42,448 nt of DNA from a virus (Duplodnaviria; Caudoviricetes). How positions within the stretch are numbered: the first letter of the stretch is position 1; each line of letters starts with the position of its first letter. The DNA is taken from positions 1-42,448 of IMG/VR virus record IMGVR_UViG_3300048861_000119; one strand, 5' to 3'. The notes below the pieces were generated by a model that was not told the origin of the DNA, did no database searches, and saw only the letters and a list, made by a program, of their open reading frames with translations. Position numbers and translations under genes: made by a program. Shown in pieces: positions 18,024-27,794 of the stretch.

Positions 18024-18467
18024 TTAAATCGGCTCCAGGATCTCGGTTTCGACCTCGAGCGTCAGACTGGTGGCAGCGGTGTCGGTGGCGCTGCCTAGGC
18101 CAAGCGCGCGGTTGGAGGCGCGCGCGGTGAAGAAGTGGTCGCCGATCCCCTTCACGACGATGCGGAAGCTATACGGGGCGTCCTGTTCAATTGCAGCGCG
18201 CAGCAGCGCTTGGCCTGGATCATTTATACGGTAGAGGTCAAGCTGCAGGGACTGCGGCGCTCGCCCCACCCGACGCTGTCTGGACAAGCCGCCGGCGAGC
18301 GGCGTAAACGTCGCCGTCTGGTATTGCTTGGCGAGAGTGCCGATGACCCGGACGCCCCGCACCTGCGTGAATGTGAGGGATTCAAACGCTGCGACTATCG
18401 TCGCATCGAAGGGCGCGAGCGGCGTCACGTACACCGTGGCACCGACGATGGTTGCGGGAGCTGTCAT
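18024..18467 (-). CDS. Second, short tail-tube-like protein
   Basis: LTFTQVRGV..IG.L...Y....FTPL and DPGQALLRAA resemble tail tube proteins. Confidence 0.6.
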   Translation of the reverse strand: MTAPATIVGATVYVTPLAPFDATIVAAFESLTFTQVRGVRVIGTLAKQYQTATFTPLAGGLSRQRRVGRAPQSLQLDLYRINDPGQALLRAAIEQDAPYSFRIVVKGIGDHFFTARASNRALGLGSATDTAATSLTLEVETEILEPI

Positions 18468-18817
18468 GCGATCGCGTACCAGATGCCGAAATCCTGCATG
18501 GCGCCTGTGAAGCCGGTTTCCTGATCCTTTAGGTCCACCGATTCAGTGAGCACGATCGCGCGCACCGGCGGTGCTAGTAGCGCCCTCTCCACGTTTAGCA
18601 TTAACTCGGACGTCTTTTCCCTTCCATTTGCCCAGACGGAGATCTGCACGCGAGCATTTTTCTTGTCCGGCATCGAACCGTCCTGGTACCCGAACGGGGT
18701 GCCGCCGGCGCGCTGCCAGATGGCGTAGGGACGCGGCGTGTCTCCGTCCGCTGTGCTGGGATATACCCTCCCTGCGACCAGCGGACCTACTGCAGCGATG
18801 AGCAACGGCTCAAGCAT
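18464..18817 (-). CDS. Tail terminator (DUF3168-like)
   Basis: GRVYP....PRPYAIWQRAGG and RVQISVWA motifs; position in the neck cluster. Confidence 0.85.
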   Translation of the reverse strand: MLEPLLIAAVGPLVAGRVYPSTADGDTPRPYAIWQRAGGTPFGYQDGSMPDKKNARVQISVWANGREKTSELMLNVERALLAPPVRAIVLTESVDLKDQETGFTGAMQDFGIWYAIA

Positions 18818-19316
18818 CGCGAATCTCCTGAATTTTTTCACCTAGGCGGCGTAAACCGGCCTGCACTGCTTCCGGCATCTTCGCGTCGATCGTCGGACGA
18901 AAATAGGGCTGCCCCGGCACGAAGACAGGCACCTTCAGCGGCCGATCCTTCAGCGTCACCCACTGGCCATCCTTGCCTTTGATAATCGCGAAGCGCCGCC
19001 AATAACCGTGTTCCTCGATCCACCAGTGCGGTGCTTTGCGCTTGTTGACGCCCACCAGGTACGTCTGGTGATCCGATGCGGACTGACGCTCGTCATACCA
19101 GCGGTAGATCGCCGACCGCAGCGTGCCCTTACCGACAGGCACTGCGGCCCGCAATGCATCGTGGAGCACCACTGCCATCTGGTGAGCAGCTGGCCGCAGA
19201 GCTTTTTCCTTGATCTGGTCGAACCATGCCGCAACCTGTGTCTCGATATCGCCTGCCAGCTCAAAGGAGACCGTGTTCGCCCTGTGAACTCGCAGGGTGC
19301 TCTTACGCCTCGCCAT
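18810..19316 (-). CDS. HK97 gp10-family tail completion protein
   Basis: VPVGKGTLRSAI, APHWWIEEHG and PGQPYFRP motifs. Confidence 0.88.
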   Translation of the reverse strand: MARRKSTLRVHRANTVSFELAGDIETQVAAWFDQIKEKALRPAAHQMAVVLHDALRAAVPVGKGTLRSAIYRWYDERQSASDHQTYLVGVNKRKAPHWWIEEHGYWRRFAIIKGKDGQWVTLKDRPLKVPVFVPGQPYFRPTIDAKMPEAVQAGLRRLGEKIQEIRDA

Positions 19317-19647
19317 CGTCGATCTCCCCGGGCGTCAACAAGCGGCAAGCCAGGTCGACGTGCTGACGGTTGGCTTCGTCGGGCAACACGGCCTCAACCG
19401 TGTAAATATCCCCATCAGCCCGGACACGCATCCCCATCTTCATATCGCGCCGGTATCCAATGCGGATACTCGCCCGTACGATCGGTCGCTCGGCGCCAGC
19501 CTTCACAGCCGTCAGCCCCGTGGGATGTAGGATGGACGCCCAGGCGTCGGCGAACTGGACAAATCCGCCGACCAGGTCGTTGGCGCCATCGCGTTCCTCG
19601 GTCCGTTGCAGCAGCTGCACCAGGCGATTTCGACCACGCGCGCTCAT
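19303..19647 (-). CDS. Head closure / head-tail adaptor (SPP1 gp16-like)
   Basis: WASI, IRIGYRRD...GMRV and YTVEAVLPD motifs. Confidence 0.88.
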   Translation of the reverse strand: MSARGRNRLVQLLQRTEERDGANDLVGGFVQFADAWASILHPTGLTAVKAGAERPIVRASIRIGYRRDMKMGMRVRADGDIYTVEAVLPDEANRQHVDLACRLLTPGEIDDGEA

Positions 19648-19656
19648 AACCGGCCT

Positions 19657-20208
19657 TCAAATACTGATCGCGGCGTAGCGCCGCAAGTAGATTTCCGTCA
19701 CGCTGGGCGGCAGTGCATACGTCTGCACAGCACCCGCGCCCTCCGGATTGGCTGCGAGCGTCCCTATCTGCAGGAGCATCCAAGCCTTGATTGAATCCGG
19801 TACCTTGTCCGGTGCCGACCAAGCGCCGGCTTTGAACGTGACCTCGAAGTCGCGCCCTGCTGGCCGGCTGCCGATCAGCAATAGCCGGCTTTCGTCGCCC
19901 AAACGGTATGCGCTGGCCGGCAAAGATTCACGGCCGCCCGCTTCATCCTCGTACTGCACCGAGACGATTTCGAGTACGTCGTTCCAAAGCCATAGACCCG
20001 TACTCAGCCACTCCACCCGCAGACTGCAGGTTTGTGGCAGGATCGGGCGCAGCAGCTCGCCCTCGGCCGCCTGACGCGCAGCAGTGATCCAGCGCGCGTA
20101 GGAGGCGGCCATCGCGGCCGCCTCTGCGGGATACGCCTTGAGGTGCTCGGCCACGTCTGCCGCCGTCAGCGCTTCGGCGGCCGGTTCGGTAATCACCTTG
20201 CGTGCCAT
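19657..20208 (-). CDS. Head-tail connector protein
   Basis: EP...LT..DVAEHL, ITAARQAAE and VPDSIKAWMLL motifs. Confidence 0.88.
   Translation of the reverse strand: MARKVITEPAAEALTAADVAEHLKAYPAEAAAMAASYARWITAARQAAEGELLRPILPQTCSLRVEWLSTGLWLWNDVLEIVSVQYEDEAGGRESLPASAYRLGDESRLLLIGSRPAGRDFEVTFKAGAWSAPDKVPDSIKAWMLLQIGTLAANPEGAGAVQTYALPPSVTEIYLRRYAAISI
19713..19728. repeat. Palindrome copy 2, GTGCATACGTCTGCAC (one mismatch; parS-like)
   Basis: 15/16 match to 184-199; embedded in the connector CDS. Confidence 0.7.
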
Positions 20209-20210
20209 GA

Positions 20211-20600
20211 TCAGCCGGCAGCCTTCAAAGACTCCGCGTATGCGACAGCGGCGTCCGCCGTGTCGACGTCGCCCGACTTGCGGGCGCGCTTGGCTTCAGC
20301 ATCGGTCAGCGTCACGACATCGTTAACCTTGCCATACTCGCCGTCGCGCAGGACCCGGCCCTTGACCGGCTCCGCAGGCGGCCTGGGCGGATTCTTTTTC
20401 GAGTCCAGGTCGCCGGACGACAGGGGACCCGCACCCGGCCCGCTGCCGGCGCCGTTCGTCTCGCCACTGGTGTTCGGGCCACCAACGGCCGACGAACCAA
20501 CGTCCGTTACTCCGGTCAGGCTGCCCTGCTGCCCGGCGGAGCTCCCGTCGACACCGTTGCCTGCACCAGCACCAGCCTGGCTGTTTTGCGTGTTTTCCAT
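20211..20600 (-). CDS. Small head-associated protein with Gly/Ser-rich N-terminus
   Basis: Lies between capsid and connector genes; RBS AGGAG; C-terminal DVVTL...AAVAYA. Confidence 0.7.
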   Translation of the reverse strand: MENTQNSQAGAGAGNGVDGSSAGQQGSLTGVTDVGSSAVGGPNTSGETNGAGSGPGAGPLSSGDLDSKKNPPRPPAEPVKGRVLRDGEYGKVNDVVTLTDAEAKRARKSGDVDTADAAVAYAESLKAAG

Positions 20601-20689
20601 CACTGCTCCTATGTGAAATGCGGAGGTCGCCATGCTGCAGCGGCCTCCGCGTCCGGGACCCCTCCCGGATCAGCTGCAGGACCGCGCAA

Positions 20690-21949
20690 TCAGGCTGCGG
20701 CGTTCTGGTAGTACTTGACAGCGCCACCGGCGTCGATCAGGTTCCCGCCCTGGCGGTTGAATGCGACGAATCCGACCTGGCCGTTCAGCGTGAAGGCGGA
20801 ATCCGTCATGCGGAACAGCGTCAGATCCATCACCTCGCGGATGAAATAGCGCTTGTAGTCGCCGAACAGCACCGACTTCGCGTTCGCTGCCATCTTCGGC
20901 ATCTCCTGCGAGATGTAGAGCGGCCGGCCGAGCAGGCGATCGGGCGCACCGCCCGGGTTGCCCTGCTCGTAACCGGGCACGAAGATCGGGCGCCCTTGGT
21001 CGTCTTTGATCTTGCGCGCCACGCGCACCGAGTCATCGTGCATCATCCAGCCAACGGTAGGCCCGTTGCGATACACGGGATCGACGCTGTGCTCGAGGTC
21101 GACCAGGTCGTCATACGTGACCGCGGTTGCGCTGGTACCCACCTTGCCGGCGGCAGCCCCCGTGACCACGCCGCGCGGCTGGTTCACGCCAGTGCCGACC
21201 GTACCGTGCAGCGCCGTGATTCGCCCGAGCCGCATGACCAGCAGTGCCTGGATATATGCGTCCATGTCGAACATGCTGTCCTGCGTCAGTTCAAAAGGCA
21301 GCGCAATTTTCTTCGACGAGTATTTGTACGTGTCCATCGAAATGTTGCCGAACGTCGTGTCCCCACCGGAGACTGGGGCGTTCTGCCCCACGATTTCGCC
21401 GATTTCGGCCGTCGCGTCGGTCGTCGGGAAATTCATGGTGGCGCCGGTACCAGTCTGGAATACAGTCGCCACCGCGCGGATCCCGCCGAAGGCCTTCATG
21501 GCCTGGGTCAGCTGACGGTAGTACTCCGTCGCAACGGTGTAGCCACCTTCGGAGCCCGTCGTCGTGCTCATGGCGTTACTGATGTCGCCGTTCTGCCGGC
21601 CGCGCATACGCTGCATGTCTTCCGGCTGCAGGTTGCTCAGACCGCCGGTGAGGTACGCGCGCAGCGCCCGACTTTCCTGGTTGATTCCCTGGTGGGCGCC
21701 GGGCGTGCGGGTGAACTGGTCGCGCACCGCGTCCGACACCGTGCCGTTTTCGCCGCCCAGGGCGATTAGGGCCAGCGCATCGGTGTTGCGCTTGATCTGC
21801 GCGTCAATATCGCCGATGTCCTTCATGATCTTGTCGTACTTTTCCTGGTGCTCCGGCTTCCACTCCGGGGTCTTCTTGTCGTCGACCAGGTCCTGCAGTT
21901 CCTTGGCGAGGGCGTCGCGGCGCTCCCGCAGGGCTTGAATGCCTTTCAT
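20690..21949 (-). CDS. Major capsid protein (HK97 fold, with delta domain)
   Basis: N-terminal coiled coil, GGYTV, ELTQDS, GTGVNQPRG, LLGRP and FGDY motifs. Confidence 0.95.
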   Translation of the reverse strand: MKGIQALRERRDALAKELQDLVDDKKTPEWKPEHQEKYDKIMKDIGDIDAQIKRNTDALALIALGGENGTVSDAVRDQFTRTPGAHQGINQESRALRAYLTGGLSNLQPEDMQRMRGRQNGDISNAMSTTTGSEGGYTVATEYYRQLTQAMKAFGGIRAVATVFQTGTGATMNFPTTDATAEIGEIVGQNAPVSGGDTTFGNISMDTYKYSSKKIALPFELTQDSMFDMDAYIQALLVMRLGRITALHGTVGTGVNQPRGVVTGAAAGKVGTSATAVTYDDLVDLEHSVDPVYRNGPTVGWMMHDDSVRVARKIKDDQGRPIFVPGYEQGNPGGAPDRLLGRPLYISQEMPKMAANAKSVLFGDYKRYFIREVMDLTLFRMTDSAFTLNGQVGFVAFNRQGGNLIDAGGAVKYYQNAAA

Positions 21950-21964
21950 CGGTGATACTCCAAT

Positions 21965-21988
21965 AAAAAAAACCGCCCGAAGGCGGCT
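21965..21988 (-). terminator. Intrinsic terminator
   Basis: CCGCC-TTCG-GGCGG hairpin followed by a T8 tract on the minus strand. Confidence 0.85.
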
Positions 21989-22013
21989 AGGGAATTGCCT
22001 GGCGCGGGAGCGC

Positions 22014-22811
22014 TTAGGCGGGGATCGCAATCAACCTGGCCTGAGCCACGCGGCGCAGCGCGGCGCGATCAGGTTTCGGAGAGTCGGTGGAATCTGCACG
22101 GTCGTCTGCACCTGCGGGCGGCGCAGCTTGAGCCGGCGGATTGGGTGTCTGTGCAGTTGGGTGATCCGGCTTCGGCGCGTTCTGGTACGCAGCGAGGTTC
22201 CAGGCCTTCGCCTGGGCGCCGGCCGCTTGCTCGGCCAGTCGATCCGCGAAGCCACGCTCGACCGACTCTTCCGCCGTCATCCAGGTCTCCGCCGTCATCC
22301 AGGCGGCGAGCTGCTCGACCTCCTGCCCGGTGCGATCGGCGTAGGTCTTGACGATGGTGCCATCCACTTTGTTCAGCAGATCGGCTGTCGCCCGCATGTC
22401 ATCTTCATTGCCCAGCGCGATCGTCCAGCCCTTGTGGATCATGATCATGGCGCCATCGGCGATTTCGATTTCGTCGGCGCCCATGATCGCGAACGACATG
22501 GCACTGGCCGCCAGGCCGTCCACGTAAGCGATAACCTTGGCCGGGTGCGCTCGCAACAGCGATTGAATGGTACGGCCAGCGAACACGTCGCCCCCCGGCG
22601 AATTCACGCGCACATGAATGGTCGAGGCCGTGATCTGCGCCAGGGCCTGGGCAACGTCGCTGGCCGAGATACCGCCCCAGTAGCTATCGTCGACAATGAC
22701 CCCATACAGGTAGATCGTCGCTTCGTCGGCGTTTGATTCCGCCTTCACGGTGAACTTGCTGTCTGCGTTGCGGTTCTGCGCCAGCAGCTGGAAGAGCCTA
22801 TTCGGTCGCAT
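22014..22811 (-). CDS. ClpP-type prohead protease
   Basis: VNSPGGDVF, DGLAASAMS, MIH and ETWMTAEE motifs. Confidence 0.93.
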   Translation of the reverse strand: MRPNRLFQLLAQNRNADSKFTVKAESNADEATIYLYGVIVDDSYWGGISASDVAQALAQITASTIHVRVNSPGGDVFAGRTIQSLLRAHPAKVIAYVDGLAASAMSFAIMGADEIEIADGAMIMIHKGWTIALGNEDDMRATADLLNKVDGTIVKTYADRTGQEVEQLAAWMTAETWMTAEESVERGFADRLAEQAAGAQAKAWNLAAYQNAPKPDHPTAQTPNPPAQAAPPAGADDRADSTDSPKPDRAALRRVAQARLIAIPA

Positions 22812-24093
22812 TGGGATTTCCTTGCGGTGGAGTGTCAAAGCTGTTGTCAGCGGGCAGGTTTTCGAGGCGCCGCACCTCGGAAGGCCGCATCCACCCCATC
22901 TCGCCGGCGCGCCCGATCGCCGTGCGATATGCGTCAAATCGGGATTTGATGTCAGCCCGCTCAAGGGTCGCCGTGTTGTATTCGACGAAGTAGCGCGACC
23001 CGAATGGCATCTTGCGATTGCACTCGGTCTCGATCTTGTTGAGATAGCGCGGTATCAGGGAGTACTTCACGAAGTTGATACCCATCTCCGCTACGCCCGT
23101 CCCCCAGCTCGTCTGCTTTTCGGTTTGTCCGACAAGAAACGGAGGGATACCCAAAATCCGTGCAGAATCCTCAACAGACAAGCTGTACACCTGCACGAGC
23201 TGCACGTCCTGCGGCTTCATGCTGATTTCTTTTATGCCCATGCCGCCGGTCAGAATGATCGGCGCCATGCTGTCGGAGTTCGCGTAACGCTCCACCCACT
23301 GGGCACGCAGCGTCGTAATGTCGTCCGTTCCGAGCTTTTTCGCAGTGGTGTCCTGCGTCAACACCAGGTCGGGCCGCATACCCTTGTTTAGCGTGCGCTC
23401 GCTTTGGCGACCAAGCGCTAGCGCCACAGCGGCAGGACTGCGCAGGGCATACCGAATTGCAGACATACCGCGCCGGCCGTCGAATCCAGGGCCAGGGACG
23501 TGAAGCATGTCGTCCTGGTCGATCACGTCGATGTCGCCGGTAATCGTCACGACCACGTAGACTAGGCGATCATCGACAATACGCGGGTCTACCGTGAGCG
23601 GATGTAGCGGCTCGAGGCTTTTGACCACGCCTGAATAACGACTGCGCCGGTGGATCCGGATGAACATGTCGCCGTGCAGAGCGAGCGACTGTATTCCATA
23701 CTCCCAACCTACGGGCGACGCCCAGCGGGGATGCATCTCCAGGTTCAACATCCGGCGCTCAGGGATATCTACCTTTGCCGGACTGCCGTTCTGGTCGCGC
23801 TCGTAGGTTTCCAGCGTGAGCGCCCCGACGACACCGCCCAAAAGTGCAATGCCGGCATATATCGCGCCGACGCTCATCGCCGCTCGCTCGCTGATCGGCG
23901 TATCACCCGGCATCCCGCCGGTCAGCCAGCTGAATGCCGCGGTGCCCGGCACGATTTCCGACGCAGGCACCGGATCGATTGATCCATTTTCCGCGCGGAT
24001 GCCGGCGCGCGCAGCCTCGCGCTCGGCCATCCATGCGTTCAGGATGGTGGAGCCCGGCTGGCTGGCCCTTGGTACGGCTGTCAGTTTGGTCAT
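22798..24093 (-). CDS. Portal protein (HK97 family)
   Basis: LHGD, LEPLHP, MLHV...FDGRRGMS, ARILGIPP and EVRRLENLP motifs. Confidence 0.95.
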   Translation of the reverse strand: MTKLTAVPRASQPGSTILNAWMAEREAARAGIRAENGSIDPVPASEIVPGTAAFSWLTGGMPGDTPISERAAMSVGAIYAGIALLGGVVGALTLETYERDQNGSPAKVDIPERRMLNLEMHPRWASPVGWEYGIQSLALHGDMFIRIHRRSRYSGVVKSLEPLHPLTVDPRIVDDRLVYVVVTITGDIDVIDQDDMLHVPGPGFDGRRGMSAIRYALRSPAAVALALGRQSERTLNKGMRPDLVLTQDTTAKKLGTDDITTLRAQWVERYANSDSMAPIILTGGMGIKEISMKPQDVQLVQVYSLSVEDSARILGIPPFLVGQTEKQTSWGTGVAEMGINFVKYSLIPRYLNKIETECNRKMPFGSRYFVEYNTATLERADIKSRFDAYRTAIGRAGEMGWMRPSEVRRLENLPADNSFDTPPQGNPNATE

Positions 24094-25814
24094 AGCACGA
24101 TCAATTGCGGTTTCTCTGTCTCTTCAACACCGGCGTTCGCGCGCCCGGCCGCCATGATGGCCGCCACGACTCCGTCGACCCGGCCCGTAGCCTTGTCCTT
24201 GGCGACCTTGCGGTTGCCCGCCGGGTCTGGTACCACCACCGCATTCGCTGCACACCAGGTCATCACCGGATTCCCGTCGTGCCTTAACACATCGTTGAGC
24301 AGCATGCGCTCGAATTCATCCAGCGCCGGGCCCATGTCCTTAAAGCCCTGCCCGAACGGCGAGATCGGCGGCAGAGTCAATCCTTCCTGGTCGGCCAGCA
24401 TGATCAGATCTTCCGATCGCCAACGGTCATACGCGAGCTCCTGCAGATCGAACAGTTCGGCCAGACCGCAGACCTCCTTCAACACAGCCAGCTTGTTGAT
24501 GGCTCGACCTGGCAATGCCGTCAAGAAACCCGCGTCACGCCACGCCAGGTACGGGACGCGATCCTTTTCCTCCCGGCGGTGCAGCTGGTCGCCTGGCAGC
24601 CAGAACCACGATCGCAGACGCCAAAACGGATCATTGCGGCCGGGCTCGAAGAGCAACGCCAGCGCTGTCAGGTCGGTCGTGCTCGACAGGTCCAGCCCTC
24701 CCCAGCAGCGACGGCCGTACATTGCCTCCAGAGGCACGATCAAGGGCTCGCGCGATCCCAGCCACACCTGAGGTGAAATCCAAGGCGACGTGCCTTCGGT
24801 CCAGACACAGAAGTTCAACCGTTTGACCAGCGACTCCTTCGCTGGCATCCCGCGCGCTTCGGTGACCTGTTCGCGCAGGTACTTCACACCCGGAATTCCA
24901 TCTTGAAGGCTTGGATTCGCCTTCGGCCAGCACGACTCGTCCTCGAAAGGATCGTCACCCTCGTCCAGCGAGCAGATAAACGCAAACATCGCGTCGTCAG
25001 CCTGCATGCCGGCAGACACATTCGCGCCGTATTCGTGATACGACCAGCACACCGACGTCTTATCGTGGCCGCTGTTCGTGATCATCAGCAACAGCGCCTG
25101 CAGTCGGTGCTTGAAGCCAGCCCGCATCATTTCGACCACGGTGCCCGTCTTGTGTTCGTGCACCTCGTCGATCAGCCCGATATGCGGACGCGGCCCCGAC
25201 TGGCCGTCATCGGCGCTGATCGGCTTGAAGAACGAGCTCGTCGATGGATACGCCAAGCTCCAGGTCTTCTCGCCTCGCCCCGACTTGTTGATGCGGTCGC
25301 GCAAGGCCTCCGACTGATCGACCATCGCAACCGCGTCACGAAATAGGACCATGGCCTGGTCTTTCTTCGTCGCGGCAGCGTAGATCTCGGCGCGGGCCTC
25401 GCCGTCAGCCGTTAATCCATACAAGCCGATGCCGGCGGCCAACGGCGACTTCCCGGAGCCCTTCGCGGTCTCGATGTAGGCCACGCGAAAGCGCCGAAGG
25501 CCGTCTTGGGTCTTCCACCCGAAGAGCGAGCCAAGCACGAAGGCCTGCCAGGCGAGCACATCGAAGGGCTTGCCCTCGAAGCGTCCGCCGTTCAGACACA
25601 GCACGTCTTCGAAATAGCCAATCACGCGCTGCGCGGAGGCCAGGTCCCACACCAGACCCCGGGCCGGGCCCTTCTCCAGGTCGTCCAGGTGGCGTCGGCA
25701 TGCCGCTCGCACGTGAGGTCCCGCAATCCTCCTTCCCTCTACGACGTCCCGCGCATAAGCGGTGGCCCGATCTTCTTCATGAGAAGTATCGGTTGGCGAC
25801 GTCTTTTTCGTCAT
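24090..25814 (-). CDS. Terminase large subunit
   Basis: AKGSGKS Walker A, IDEVHEH Walker B, GLDLSSTTDL and RVDGVVA motifs. Confidence 0.96.
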   Translation of the reverse strand: MTKKTSPTDTSHEEDRATAYARDVVEGRRIAGPHVRAACRRHLDDLEKGPARGLVWDLASAQRVIGYFEDVLCLNGGRFEGKPFDVLAWQAFVLGSLFGWKTQDGLRRFRVAYIETAKGSGKSPLAAGIGLYGLTADGEARAEIYAAATKKDQAMVLFRDAVAMVDQSEALRDRINKSGRGEKTWSLAYPSTSSFFKPISADDGQSGPRPHIGLIDEVHEHKTGTVVEMMRAGFKHRLQALLLMITNSGHDKTSVCWSYHEYGANVSAGMQADDAMFAFICSLDEGDDPFEDESCWPKANPSLQDGIPGVKYLREQVTEARGMPAKESLVKRLNFCVWTEGTSPWISPQVWLGSREPLIVPLEAMYGRRCWGGLDLSSTTDLTALALLFEPGRNDPFWRLRSWFWLPGDQLHRREEKDRVPYLAWRDAGFLTALPGRAINKLAVLKEVCGLAELFDLQELAYDRWRSEDLIMLADQEGLTLPPISPFGQGFKDMGPALDEFERMLLNDVLRHDGNPVMTWCAANAVVVPDPAGNRKVAKDKATGRVDGVVAAIMAAGRANAGVEETEKPQLIVL

Positions 25815-26292
25815 TCTCGAACAGCTCGCCCTGGCCCGCAGGCAATCGGGATTTCGCGCGCGCCGAAGGATTCAGCCCGAACGAGGCGCCGGCGCTGCGC
25901 ATACGCTCCTCTGCTCGGTTGGCAATCTGCATCCAGACGCCGATTTGTTTGAAGCCGTTCGGCGTCCGGTCCACATGGCCGCCGTCTTCCTTGTGCTGGA
26001 TGATCTTCTCGCGTGCCAGGCGCCAATCCGAGTAGGCCTGGCAGTAGATAGCCAGCTCGGCCTGGTCGAGCTTGTTGATCAGTCCCAGCATGTAGAGGTC
26101 AGGGGCCAGGCGGTCCCATTCCTCGCGGGCATAGTCGTCAAGATGGGCCGGACACTCGGGCGCATCGGATACGAGCTCCCACTTGATGCCTTGTTCCGTG
26201 ACCTGGCCGAGTGGCTTCTTGCTGGGGTTGCCGCGAAACTGGTGGACCACCACCGGCGTCATGCGCCTGCCAGAGTTCTCGTTTCCAGCCAT
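25777..26292 (-). CDS. Terminase small subunit (P27 family)
   Basis: RGNPSKK, P.HL...AREEW, LAIYCQAY and FGLNPSAR motifs. Confidence 0.93.
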   Translation of the reverse strand: MAGNENSGRRMTPVVVHQFRGNPSKKPLGQVTEQGIKWELVSDAPECPAHLDDYAREEWDRLAPDLYMLGLINKLDQAELAIYCQAYSDWRLAREKIIQHKEDGGHVDRTPNGFKQIGVWMQIANRAEERMRSAGASFGLNPSARAKSRLPAGQGELFENDEKDVANRYFS

Positions 26293-26339
26293 GCCCTGCT
26301 CCCCAAGGGGATATACCCCCCTCCCATTTATCCCGCATT

Positions 26340-26405
26340 CTGCAAACGGAGGGGAACGGCCGGTCTAACGTCCGTTCGCGCCAGACTTTCGACGCCCCCC
26401 CCTAC
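26340..26405 (-). other. Probable cos packaging region
   Basis: Non-coding gap between HNH and terS reading GGGGGGGCGTCGAAAGTCTG...AGACCGGCCG, the usual layout of HK97-like cos phages. The cut site cannot be determined from sequence. Confidence 0.55.
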
Positions 26406-26528
26406 CCGGCCCCGATTCCTCGCCCGGCCCGCCCTGCCCACGGGCATCCTCGCGCGGGCGCCCTGCGAGGCGCCTGCGCGGCGATCGCCGCCCGCGAATC
26501 CTGCAAGGTGCTTGGGGCCCTGACGCGC

Positions 26529-26894
26529 CTAGCGGCCCCTGTTCCAATGATGGTTCCCGTCGATCGGCACGCCATCCAGGCCGCAGCCCCGCACCATCCC
26601 TGACTTCTCCTGCGCTTGCTTCACGCTGTCGTGGCACAGCTTGCAGAGACCTTGCCAATTCTTCCGATCCCAAAACAACGCTCGTGCGGCTTCGATCGTA
26701 GCCTCATCGCCCGAGGCGAGCGCTTCGCCAAGGCGATGCGGCTTCACGTGGTCGACCACAGTTGCAATGAGGCGCCGTCCCTGACGTTCGTGAAACGTGC
26801 ACCATGGATGCGCAGCGAGGTATCCATCCCGCGCCTTCTGCCAGCGGTACCCATAGCCACGCGCGGTTGAGGAGGTGCGGACAGACACAGACAC
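26529..26894 (-). CDS. Terminase-associated HNH endonuclease
   Basis: RGYGYRWQKAR, ATVVDH..PH and NWQGLCKLCHD motifs. Confidence 0.92.
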   Translation of the reverse strand: MSVSVRTSSTARGYGYRWQKARDGYLAAHPWCTFHERQGRRLIATVVDHVKPHRLGEALASGDEATIEAARALFWDRKNWQGLCKLCHDSVKQAQEKSGMVRGCGLDGVPIDGNHHWNRGR

Positions 26895-26900
26895 GTGCCC

Positions 26901-27125
26901 TTAGAATTTCCCGGGTACCGGACCCGGCGCGGCCGAGACGGCCTGTTCGTCGATGTATTGCAGGAGCACAGCAGCGCAGGTGTCACCGTAGGTCGGCGCC
27001 GCGCCATCCAGCCGCTCGTTCAGGTGGCGCATTGCCGTCTCCTCAACGCGCTCAAACTTCTCGGGATGCTTCGTGTAGTCGTCCATCCAGCTGTTGAATG
27101 CCGCCGCCAGAGCTCGATTGTCCAT
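26901..27125 (-). CDS. Hypothetical protein
   Basis: First ORF after the late-leader terminator. Confidence 0.6.
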   Translation of the reverse strand: MDNRALAAAFNSWMDDYTKHPEKFERVEETAMRHLNERLDGAAPTYGDTCAAVLLQYIDEQAVSAAPGPVPGKF

Positions 27126-27138
27126 GATGACTTCCAAT

Positions 27139-27166
27139 AAAAAAGGCCCGGCGTGATGACCGGGCC
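27139..27166 (-). terminator. Intrinsic terminator (tR'-like, start of late operon)
   Basis: GGCCCGG-N8-CCGGGCC hairpin followed by T6, about 80 nt after the Q-like gene. Confidence 0.85.
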
Positions 27167-27246
27167 CTCGTCTAGTTCGAAGCGTTGCGTCGCAAGCTCC
27201 GCAGGAATGTAGCGAATTCTATCGATCCGCGTATACATCGCATAAT

Positions 27247-27657
27247 TCAAGATGTTTCAGCATAGCGCCGCTGGGCGGCTCGGCGCGCAGCGAACCACTC
27301 TGCGATGCGCGCGTCAGCCTGACAGAGCCGTCGATGCAATGTCGCCCGCACGATACCCAGATCCTTCGCCACGCGATCCATGGTCGCATCCGTGCGACCG
27401 TGCCACGCGCGCACGCACTGCTGCAGCTCTTGGGGCAGCGCGCGGATCGCCTCGTCGGTCCTGGCGCATTCGAGATGGTCGACCGGCACATAGGCGCGCA
27501 TCGGACCTTCGGGCGTGGCATGCACGCGTCGCCCACCAGCAAGATCTGCGAGTCGCGCCAGTGGATGCGACGCGCCACCGCCTTGCGGCAGGTGCTGCCA
27601 CATACCCCAGGAATCGAGGCGTTCTTTCATCGCCGGGTTACGCATAGGTCCACTCAT
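27247..27657 (-). CDS. Q-like late antiterminator/activator
   Basis: RLDSWG.W N-terminus and C-terminal helix-turn-helix (VAKDLGIVRATLHRRL); last gene before the late operon. Confidence 0.75.
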   Translation of the reverse strand: MSGPMRNPAMKERLDSWGMWQHLPQGGGASHPLARLADLAGGRRVHATPEGPMRAYVPVDHLECARTDEAIRALPQELQQCVRAWHGRTDATMDRVAKDLGIVRATLHRRLCQADARIAEWFAARRAAQRRYAETS

Positions 27658-27794
27658 GCAAGTTCTCCACAGGCCGGCCACCGGGCGCAGCGCGTAAATT
27701 TTTTTTGACCACCGTTTTCTTCCTTGGTGGAGGGCGAAAACATCACGTGTTGCTGCATAACGACCCTTTGCATCGATTCATCGAACGGTATAGC

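Noticed and set aside
20618-21769. 383-aa plus-strand ORF and similar long antisense ORFs in the head and tail region
   Set aside because: Shadows of GC-rich structural genes on the minus strand.
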